From positions 1,068 through 65,067 of the forward strand of contig JAGLLT010000021.1 of NCBI GenBank assembly GCA_023140385.1: DNA of 64,000 bases, given 5' to 3'. This DNA is from Candidatus Omnitrophota bacterium. Lineage in GTDB: Bacteria; Omnitrophota; Gorgyraeia; JAGLLT01. A model generated the notes under the pieces. That model was not told the origin of the DNA. It saw nothing but the letters and a program-made list of their open reading frames with translations, and searched no databases. A program made the translations under genes and the position numbers. Numbering within the stretch: the first letter of the stretch is position 1; every line of letters begins with the position of its first letter. Shown one piece after another: positions 38,701 to 46,390 of this stretch.

Positions 38701-38860
38701 TGTCAGGCGTCCCGGCTTCATCTTTAAGCATTATAGGGATGCCGTTGATTATCGGATATTCCCTGCCGCATTTATCGCAGACGATTTTATCATTCAGAGG
38801 CTTAACACTGCTCTTGCAGGCGGGGCAGATTAAGATTTCAAGCAACTCTTTGTTTATCAT
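38696..38860 (-). CDS. Trm112-like / UPF0434 (YcaR) small zinc-ribbon-like protein, 54 aa (not in ORF track)
   Basis: RC translation MINKELLEILICPACKSSVKPLNDKIVCDKCGREYPIINGIPIMLKDEAGTPDK matches the LxxLxCPxC...C..C..YPIxDGIPxML family signature. Confidence 0.6.
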   Translation of the reverse strand: MINKELLEILICPACKSSVKPLNDKIVCDKCGREYPIINGIPIMLKDEAGTPDK

Positions 38861-39836
38861 AACTTATTTCCTTTTCGATTTCTGAAATTGTTAATTTATG
38901 ATAACCGCTTAACAAATAAACTACTCCTCCTATAAGGCTGAGGCATAGGAGATAAAACAGCCACATAAGGGCCAGAGCTGCGGCTTCCGCCCTATCAACC
39001 AGAGAGCCGAAGAGTAGTACAAAGGCGAATTCGCGGGGGCCGGTGCCCCCTAAAGATGGAATCATGCTGGCGGCGCTGATAATGGGTATAAAAAGAAAGA
39101 AAATCGAGTAGTTCACTTGAAGGTGAAGGCTTTTGGATATAATAAAACAAACTGTAATAATCAGCACCTGTCCTCCAAAGGCTATTAGAAAGGCAAACAG
39201 GCTCGCGCGCTTATGCCGGCCGAAGTCGTTTAAGACCCCGTATATTTTTTGCGCCGGCTCTTCTATTTTTCGAAGTCCGCACAGTGATATTAAGAACTTA
39301 AACTTTTGGGCCAGCCGGTGATTAAGGGAAAAGACGACGAAGAAAACAGCCAGTCCGAAAACGGCAAAGATGAAAAACCTCATTTTAAATGGTATTATAT
39401 CGGCGCCCGCGATAAATAAGGCCGCGATTGCTATAGAGACAATAGACATAAGGCCGATTGTTCTGTCGGCAAAAACAGCTGTATAGCACTCTACTTTTTT
39501 CTTTTTAAATTTCTCTGAGGCATAGTATGCTTTAGCTATGTCTCCGCCTACCGCTGTTGGCAGGAAGCTGTTAAAAAAGAAGGCTATAAAGTTTAACCGA
39601 AGAGATTCCGTAAAGTTCAATTTTAACTTTTGTGTTGATAAAACGACCTTCAGCCTTAATGACAGCAGTAAAACATTGACAATAAATAAAAAAAACCCCG
39701 CAAAAAGGTAATATTTGTTTGCCGAGCTCAAAATCTCTCCCAGCTCACCGGCATTCTCTTTCAAAAAGTACCAGAGAATTAATATAATTATCAGGGTAAC
39801 GGCAACTCTGGAAATTAAAAAAATATGTTTTTTCAC
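38838..39836 (-). CDS. UPF0104 / flippase-like (MprF-type TM domain) membrane protein
   Basis: 8 predicted TM helices; PTAVGGDIAKAYY motif. Confidence 0.55.
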   Translation of the reverse strand: MKKHIFLISRVAVTLIIILILWYFLKENAGELGEILSSANKYYLFAGFFLFIVNVLLLSLRLKVVLSTQKLKLNFTESLRLNFIAFFFNSFLPTAVGGDIAKAYYASEKFKKKKVECYTAVFADRTIGLMSIVSIAIAALFIAGADIIPFKMRFFIFAVFGLAVFFVVFSLNHRLAQKFKFLISLCGLRKIEEPAQKIYGVLNDFGRHKRASLFAFLIAFGGQVLIITVCFIISKSLHLQVNYSIFFLFIPIISAASMIPSLGGTGPREFAFVLLFGSLVDRAEAAALALMWLFYLLCLSLIGGVVYLLSGYHKLTISEIEKEISYDKQRVA

Positions 39837-40027
39837 AACCGCAACTATATCACATATAAGGGGATAAGTAAAGTTAAAATTAGAATTGCATCAAGCCTTT
39901 ATCGTCTTATACCTTCTTACTTTTCATAATTATGACACAAGTGTATCATAAAAGAAACAGACGTTAAGTCCCACCGCATTAAATAACCCCCAACTCCTTT
40001 AATTCCCAAATCATGAGATATACCCAT

Positions 40028-40630
40028 TTAATTGTTTTGTCCAGATAACCTTTGCCCTTTTGATTCCATTTTTATCAAGAAATTAGTATTGTGTCCCCCG
40101 ATTAGCATTGGCTTGTTATCTTTTTTTATTTCGTCTTGCCATTTATTTACATTTGAAATCAATCCATCAACTAAATCACATAATTCTTTTAGATATTTCT
40201 CATTAAGTGGGTACAGTGTTTCTTTTGAAATGGTACTTATGCCATGGATTTTGTTTGTTTCGGTGTTCACCTGATAAGCCAATTCATTTTGTTCTTGAAA
40301 TGCATGCGCATAAATTTTAGTTGCTTGATTTATAATGTATTCATGCAATTTTACGTATTTTTTGGGAATATGTTTTTTGTTTAATCCTGCGTTGCGAGTT
40401 GTAGAGTTGAAACATCTTCTATATTTAATAAAAATCGCTGTATATAGCGCATCAATAACCACAACCTTTGTTAAATTTTTGGGGAAAATTTCATCCTTAA
40501 TTTTTTTTAATAGAATTTGGCAAATTTTTTTTATTCTTTCAAGATCTCTATTTTGTATAGATGTCAAACCAGATAATCTTAATAATTTCTTGTTGGTGGT
40601 TTTTATTTTATTTAACTTAAAATTTGCCAT
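40028..40630 (-). CDS. hypothetical protein in low-GC island
   Basis: 200 aa with no recognisable motif; AT-rich codon usage unlike the flanking genes. Confidence 0.4.
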   Translation of the reverse strand: MANFKLNKIKTTNKKLLRLSGLTSIQNRDLERIKKICQILLKKIKDEIFPKNLTKVVVIDALYTAIFIKYRRCFNSTTRNAGLNKKHIPKKYVKLHEYIINQATKIYAHAFQEQNELAYQVNTETNKIHGISTISKETLYPLNEKYLKELCDLVDGLISNVNKWQDEIKKDNKPMLIGGHNTNFLIKMESKGQRLSGQNN

Positions 40631-40790
40631 AGTTTAAATTAATTATTTAAAGATAACGTTTGAACTCACTGGTTTTTACGGAGCACAGCGGAGTAAAAAT
40701 CCAGTGCAGGGTCAAAGCAGTGCCTGACCCCGTTGTTTAATAACACGCGCAGCGAAAAAAGTCAGGTTGAGCAAATTGTTATGTGTTCTT

Positions 40791-41165
40791 TTATTTCTTT
40801 TTCAATTTGTGTGAAAACAATGTGCTTGATAGGTGATGTATTTTCTTCCTTTTTTGCCCTATGTCAGATCTTTTTATTTTTTTATAATAGTCGTAATTAC
40901 ATTTGTTGCCATAAATACGAAACTTTGTAACCAAAAATCCACCTATAATCAAAACAATTCCGATTTTCCAGTTTATGAAAAGATAAATAACTCCTCCAAT
41001 CATTAGATATCCAGTTATTACACTTAAAAGAGGATTTGGTCCCATAGGAATTACATGAACTATTGAAGCAATAAGAAATAATGCTATTGCTAATTTCCAG
41101 TTGAAAAAAATAAAAATTATAGTAAGTACAAAGAGCAACGATTTAATTATATTAAGAATTTTCAT
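40791..41165 (-). CDS. small 4-TM membrane protein with basic C-terminal tail (island gene)
   Basis: Four hydrophobic helices followed by KKIKRSDIGQKRKK...KLKKK. Confidence 0.45.
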   Translation of the reverse strand: MKILNIIKSLLFVLTIIFIFFNWKLAIALFLIASIVHVIPMGPNPLLSVITGYLMIGGVIYLFINWKIGIVLIIGGFLVTKFRIYGNKCNYDYYKKIKRSDIGQKRKKIHHLSSTLFSHKLKKK

Positions 41166-41255
41166 AGATTTATATTATATCTCAGATAACATTTGAGCTT
41201 ACCTACTGGGTTGAGCTCCTTTTGTGCGCTCCCTCCAGATAGATGAAGCGATTTG

Positions 41256-41597
41256 TTATGATATTTTGTCCTTATATTTCTCATAATCTGAGAGATATGC
41301 TCTCTCAGATTCATCTATAAACTCTTGTTTTCTGTCTCTGAGATCTCGAAGTTTTCCATGTATGCTCTTGTAGACAATCTGATGAGCTTGGTTTTTAATT
41401 TTCTCTTCAACATATTCATCAAAATCTACCTCTTTGCTAAGTATCGAATTTACAAGATTTAATAAATCCTCTTTAGTGATCCTGTCAATTGGTTGAAATT
41501 CACCATCCTTATCAAGAAAATGACCAAGATCATTATCGATCTTCAATAGCTTCATATGCTTGCCTCCTGCTTTCATAGGCTTCCAATCCCGCCTCAA
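41256..41597 (-). CDS. hypothetical small acidic/helical protein overlapping the 3' end of the PHP-ATPase gene
   Basis: Likely start is an internal Met (MKLLKIDND..., ~41555); charged and helical with no motif. Confidence 0.4.
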   Translation of the reverse strand: MRRDWKPMKAGGKHMKLLKIDNDLGHFLDKDGEFQPIDRITKEDLLNLVNSILSKEVDFDEYVEEKIKNQAHQIVYKSIHGKLRDLRDRKQEFIDESERAYLSDYEKYKDKIS

Positions 41598-43560
41598 GTG
41601 AATTCAACATAATTTTATGATTTTTGATAGATCTCCCGTCGATGGATTTGAGTATCTTATCGGTTGGATGTCCAGAGTAAATCCTATAAATTGTCTTCCC
41701 ACTCTCTACTTCCTTGTTGGCATACAGCAGGTAATCTGCACTAACAGAGGCCCCCACCGTGCTATTGTGTGTAACCACAACCACAGGCATTGATTCTGAT
41801 ATTTCCCTTAGAATTTGATTCACATCACTTTTTAGAAACATATTGTCGAATGAGGATTCTGGCTCATCAATGAGTAAAATATCAAAGTTTTGGGCATCTT
41901 TGATTTCCTGTAGCAATCGAAATTCGGACCGTTCTCCTCCTGAAACGTCAACGCCATCAGAATTTAGAATTTTGTATTCAATTTTTGTAAACAGTCTGTA
42001 TAGTTCTGATCGTACTAAGTGGTTATCAGCCATTAGAGCTTGTAGGTACCGGTATGGGGCTCCGTATTCTTTCAGAGCTTCCTTAAATGATGTGTTTACT
42101 CCACTTGCAGATTTAATCTCTCCAGCCTTAGTGAATGCACCTTTGCTAGCAACAACAGAAAATCCTTGAACATTCTCCTCAAATATTATAGACTCTTTCC
42201 GCAAGCTGTTCACAATATCTTCGAATCGTTTCACCTTTCTGTCTTCCATGCACACTCGATACAAATCAACATCATTAACCTGAATGGCAGATGTGCGCGT
42301 TTTTAGACTATCTTTTGTATCTTTGATAATCCCATTGAGAAACCGCCTTTTTTTATTTTCCAGCGCCTTACTCCAGAGCAATTCAATTAATTCACACGCA
42401 AGTTTTTTCAAAGACTTTATATCAACATGTTTCTCGATAATATTCCTGTATTCGATGTTCTCAATAACTTGACGAACTGATGAAATGAGTTCTTTTAGAA
42501 CTATGTCATCCCTTACAGGAAATGCTGTCTCATCAAAGAGGGCAACTTTTGAATATGCATCACGCCTATATGCTTCTTCTGCTGACTTAAGGAGGGAAGA
42601 AATATAATTCTCAACATCCCGCTTGTTACGTTCTAAGTCAACATTCATCACATCATCTAAGACTGACTTGAATGCAGATAGGTAACGATCAAGAAAAGTA
42701 CTACGTTTTTTTTGAACTTCGTTTTTAAACTCACGATCATACGCTGCCTCGTCTCGTTGAACCAATGAAAACTGTCTGATATATTTTACCCCTTCATATA
42801 CATCATTTATCTTATTCAAAGTATATGTTTTACCAGTTGATCTATCACCAAGGAGGACATTCAATCCTGTGGACATCTTTTGTCCGTCATCAAAAATCTG
42901 AAATAAGGAATTACCGTCATCCTCTGACAAAAAAACTTTACCCTTGTCTCTAAGGCAGGCCCTAATGGCACTAAAGCTCAACTCGCCGCAATCCAGAAAA
43001 GTCTGTCTTGTAGGCAAACTACATAGGCTATCACTTGCCCTAACATCACTAAATAGAACAGGGGTCAGTTTTGTTTTATCTTTTATGACACGGATAAATT
43101 TCTTTGCGCTATCGACCTCACCTGCTGTGATATAGGAAGAGAGTTCCTCTAGTGTTTTACCCCGAATGGAGGGCTTTTTGTCATGATGGGGGATAATTAA
43201 ATAACTGTTTAGGTTTCCGTAAATATTTTTCAGATTATCTACTGTAATGCTATCATCAACATGAGATATTCTTTTTAAGACCTCATCAGACCTAGATTCA
43301 AAGTCTTCAATGTCTGATCCGTCGCTCAAAAGTAATATATGGCAATTATCCAGGTTTATCTCAATTCCTGGGAATACTGTAATGGGTAGTGATTCATTTA
43401 TAGCCCTGAATTGTTCCGCGTTAAATTTATTATGATTAGTTATCGCAATAGCATCCAGATTAGCTTCTGTTACGTATCTTTTTAGACTATCCATGCAGAA
43501 AGTAAAGTCGCTATCACTGATGGTTTTAATGGTGTGAATGTGTAGATCTATTTTTTTCAT
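41533..43560 (-). CDS. PHP-domain phosphoesterase fused to SMC/Rad50-like ABC ATPase (Ppl/OLD-class defence-like)
   Basis: N-terminal IDLHIHT, ITNHN, IIPHHD (PHP); then Walker A LLGDRSTGKTYTL, a helical insert, signature VSGGERSEF, Walker B ILLIDEPESSFD and H-loop VVVTHN. Confidence 0.7.
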   Translation of the reverse strand: MKKIDLHIHTIKTISDSDFTFCMDSLKRYVTEANLDAIAITNHNKFNAEQFRAINESLPITVFPGIEINLDNCHILLLSDGSDIEDFESRSDEVLKRISHVDDSITVDNLKNIYGNLNSYLIIPHHDKKPSIRGKTLEELSSYITAGEVDSAKKFIRVIKDKTKLTPVLFSDVRASDSLCSLPTRQTFLDCGELSFSAIRACLRDKGKVFLSEDDGNSLFQIFDDGQKMSTGLNVLLGDRSTGKTYTLNKINDVYEGVKYIRQFSLVQRDEAAYDREFKNEVQKKRSTFLDRYLSAFKSVLDDVMNVDLERNKRDVENYISSLLKSAEEAYRRDAYSKVALFDETAFPVRDDIVLKELISSVRQVIENIEYRNIIEKHVDIKSLKKLACELIELLWSKALENKKRRFLNGIIKDTKDSLKTRTSAIQVNDVDLYRVCMEDRKVKRFEDIVNSLRKESIIFEENVQGFSVVASKGAFTKAGEIKSASGVNTSFKEALKEYGAPYRYLQALMADNHLVRSELYRLFTKIEYKILNSDGVDVSGGERSEFRLLQEIKDAQNFDILLIDEPESSFDNMFLKSDVNQILREISESMPVVVVTHNSTVGASVSADYLLYANKEVESGKTIYRIYSGHPTDKILKSIDGRSIKNHKIMLNSLEAGLEAYESRRQAYEAIEDR

Positions 43561-43892
43561 TGTACACCCCGATCAATACTGGCATTATTTACATCATAAC
43601 AATTAATAGAAGTAATACATAAATTTATGGTTTTTTCATGAAAATCTCTTTTTATTGATATTTATTATATATCTAGGCTATTTGTGCGTCAAGGTGAAAA
43701 ATTATGGGTAGTTACGACAAAAGATAAATTGATAATATTTTGTAATTGCTCTATGATATTAGAAAATATGTATTGCGTATAATATGGAGTTTTTGCGGAA
43801 AAGGAATATATCTATGCGGCAAAGTTAAGAAGGCTTCAAAAATGAAATAATCACTTTTAATTAATTCTATGAAGGGCGGCTAAGGGCGGTTT

Positions 43893-45092
43893 CTAATCAT
43901 TATCCGCGGGGAGTTCTTCGGGTGGGATGGGTTCTTCTTCTTTTGGCGGGAGGGGGAGGTTGCGGGCGGTTCTTAGGAGGTCGATTTTATTTAGCGGTTT
44001 TTCAAGTTGTCTTTTTCTGGTGGTGATCAGACTTTCATACTCTTTTTGGGCGGCTCCAATTCGTTCACCTACCCTTTTTAACTTTTCCACAAAGGAGCCC
44101 CACTCTTTCTTGAATCTGCCTAAGAGTGACAATATCTCATTGGATGTTTTTTCTAAAGTGAAGTTGTCGACCGCCTGGCGGATGACTGCCAAAATGGCAA
44201 AAAGTGTGATGGGTGAGCAGATAATCACCTTCTCCTTAATAGCATTGTCAAATATGGCGCTGTCCTGTTCATGAATAAAGGCGTATATTTGTTCATTGGG
44301 GATAAAAAGAAGGACATAATCAACGGTATTTTGTTCAGGGTTAATGTATTCACGGGTAGTTATTTCTTTAATTCTTAATTTGACATCAGCCATAAATTTA
44401 TCGCGAAAACTTTTCTTTTCCACTTTAGAATCGCATTCAACATACCTGGCATAGTTATCCAGCGGAAACTTTACATCCATATTCAGCTTTAACTCTCGGG
44501 GCAGTAAAAAGGTAAAGTCAGGGCGCGAGCCGGCTTCTTCGATTGTTTTTTGTTTTAAGTAGTTTACGTTTTCGATTAAACCCGTCAGCCGCAGGACGTC
44601 TTCAGCCATTCGTTCTCCCCACTGCCCTCTTGATTTGGTGCTGGCCAGGGCTTCACGCAGGCTGTTTGTTGTCTGGGCAAGAATTTGGTTTTGCTCATTA
44701 ACCGTTTTAAGCTGATTGGAAAGCTCGCCGAATTTCTGAGTTCTGTCTTTTTCCAAATCCTTCATCAAGACAGAAACGCTTTCGAGTTCGCCGGACATAC
44801 GGTTCAACTGCTGGTCTATGAGCTCTTTCTTTGAGATTAACTCTCTGGCGGTTAGCTCTCTTTCGGATTCAAGCTTAGACTTGGCTAATTTAAAAAACTC
44901 ATCAGTTGTTCGTGAAAGTGCGTCTGACGACAAGTCGCTAAAAGTGTTTTTTAACTTTTCAATAAGCAGGTCGGTTTCCTGTTTATGCTGCGCCTGACTT
45001 TTTTTGTAAAGGTGGCGCGTTATGACAGCGGTTAAAGCAGCCCCCAGAAAAAATCCTGTTAGCGTAGAGATTAAAATAACGGTTATATCCAC
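43893..45092 (-). CDS. rmuC: DNA recombination protein RmuC
   Basis: N-terminal TM, long coiled coil and conserved RmuC C-terminal domain; GTG start. Confidence 0.8.
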   Translation of the reverse strand: MDITVILISTLTGFFLGAALTAVITRHLYKKSQAQHKQETDLLIEKLKNTFSDLSSDALSRTTDEFFKLAKSKLESERELTARELISKKELIDQQLNRMSGELESVSVLMKDLEKDRTQKFGELSNQLKTVNEQNQILAQTTNSLREALASTKSRGQWGERMAEDVLRLTGLIENVNYLKQKTIEEAGSRPDFTFLLPRELKLNMDVKFPLDNYARYVECDSKVEKKSFRDKFMADVKLRIKEITTREYINPEQNTVDYVLLFIPNEQIYAFIHEQDSAIFDNAIKEKVIICSPITLFAILAVIRQAVDNFTLEKTSNEILSLLGRFKKEWGSFVEKLKRVGERIGAAQKEYESLITTRKRQLEKPLNKIDLLRTARNLPLPPKEEEPIPPEELPADND

Positions 45093-45120
45093 TTAAATCT
45101 CCCTAATAAATTATTCGTAT

Positions 45121-45315
45121 TGTCAAAACTATTTACTCTCTCTAAACCCTAATATCTAAATCCTAAATAATTTCAAAATTCTAATGTTCAAATGTTATAA
45201 ACCTTAAGTGCCTTTGTTTTGGTCATTTGCATTTTGGACATTTGGATTTGTTTAGTATTTAGTGCTTAGTATTTATGATTTCCCGTCCTTCATACAACTT
45301 TTAACATTACCAAAT
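45121..45315 (+). repeat. intergenic repeat family 1, copy C (5' block shortened)
   Basis: TGTCAAAACTATTTACTC...CTAAACCCTAATATCTAAATCCTAAATAATTTC...GGTCATTTGCATTTTGGACATTTGGATTTG...CATACAACTTTTAACATTACCAAAT. Confidence 0.85.
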
Positions 45316-46127
45316 CAATATATACCGATTCCGGCATAGCCTACGACGCTGGAGGAGTCGCCGCTGGCCCTAGCGCTTGTTTCGTATCTTATTAACTCAG
45401 CTTTTTTTGCGCCCACCTTTTTTACTGTCTCCAGTAAAACGCATGTTGGGGCGGCACCGCACATGCTGAGATTGAGTGTTTCTTTAAGGTTTAAGAGCCT
45501 GCCGGTGTCAAGTGCCAGGATGGCTTCTATAGCCGCCTTGTCTTTTTTCTCGGCCGCCTCCTGTGGTTCATAATGGGTTAAGTCGGTTGAGGCAATTATA
45601 GTCGCTTCTTTTTTTAAGGTTTGTAAAGTTTGGGTTATTTCTTCCGCGATAGCTGTATAGATTTCTTTTTTAGCTTCGGATATTATTATGGGTACTATTT
45701 TAAACTTATTTTTTACGTACTGCAATAAAGGAAGCTGTACCTCGATAGAGTGTTCTTGCGTATGAGCTTCGTTGTCTTCTTCTATATATTTTGAGTTTTT
45801 TAGCAATTTTAAGCAAAACTCTCTATCTACTTCTATCTGTCCAAACGGGGTCTGCCAGAAATCTGCCGTAGAAAGACTAAAGGCCGTCCTTCCTCCCCGG
45901 GTGTGCCTGGTTCCCAGGATTATTACAAGCTCGGCCAGTTCAAAACTCAGAATGGTGTCATGGGCCGTCTTGCCTGAATAGATGTAGCCCGCGTGCGGCA
46001 GAATGAGCCCCTTTGCCCTGCCCTTTTTGGTTATTTTTTGCTGGGGTAAAAATGATTCAATAAGGTTTGATAAATTTGTATAGTCTGCCGGATAAAACCA
46101 ATCGCCAAAAGCGGCTTTTCTTATCAT
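45315..46127 (-). CDS. MEMO1 family protein (AmmeMemoRadiSam system protein B)
   Basis: GLILPHAGYIYSG and conserved His/Asp/Cys residues of the Memo fold. Confidence 0.8.
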   Translation of the reverse strand: MIRKAAFGDWFYPADYTNLSNLIESFLPQQKITKKGRAKGLILPHAGYIYSGKTAHDTILSFELAELVIILGTRHTRGGRTAFSLSTADFWQTPFGQIEVDREFCLKLLKNSKYIEEDNEAHTQEHSIEVQLPLLQYVKNKFKIVPIIISEAKKEIYTAIAEEITQTLQTLKKEATIIASTDLTHYEPQEAAEKKDKAAIEAILALDTGRLLNLKETLNLSMCGAAPTCVLLETVKKVGAKKAELIRYETSARASGDSSSVVGYAGIGIY

Positions 46128-46150
46128 ACTGCCCTCACAAAAATAATCGT

Positions 46151-46390
46151 ATTGTTAAAATTATTTATCCTTTTATACGTTTAAAAAGCTCTAAACAAAC
46201 TCTAAACCCTAATATCTAAATCCTAAATAATTTCAAAATTCTAATGTTCAAATGTTATAAATCTTAAGTGTTTTTGTTTTGGTCATTTGTATTTTGCGTG
46301 CCCCGTAGTTAAATGCGAAGCATTTGTACTACTGGGGGACATTTGGATTTGTTTAGTATTTGGTGCTTAGTATTTAGGGTTTTTACAATG
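46151..46390 (+). repeat. intergenic repeat family 1, copy D (41-bp nested-hairpin insert at 46297-46337)
   Basis: Family blocks present; extra CGTGCCCCGTAGTT-AAATGC-GAA-GCATTT-GTACTACTGGGG at the same central position as the copy A insert. Confidence 0.85.

Noticed and set aside
38685-38885. 66-aa plus-strand ORF in the track
   Set aside because: The opposite strand encodes a convincing Trm112-like protein (38696-38860); the plus ORF is its shadow.
39840-43900. Island delimited by integrase, tRNA or transposase
   Set aside because: No integrase or transposase ORF and no tRNA flank the island. The two tRNAs are at 3.2 kb and 28.4 kb. Insertion mechanism is therefore unknown and is not claimed.
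45315-46127. Complete AmmeMemoRadiSam system
   Set aside because: Only the Memo-like (B) component is present; no AMMECR1 or radical SAM gene is adjacent.
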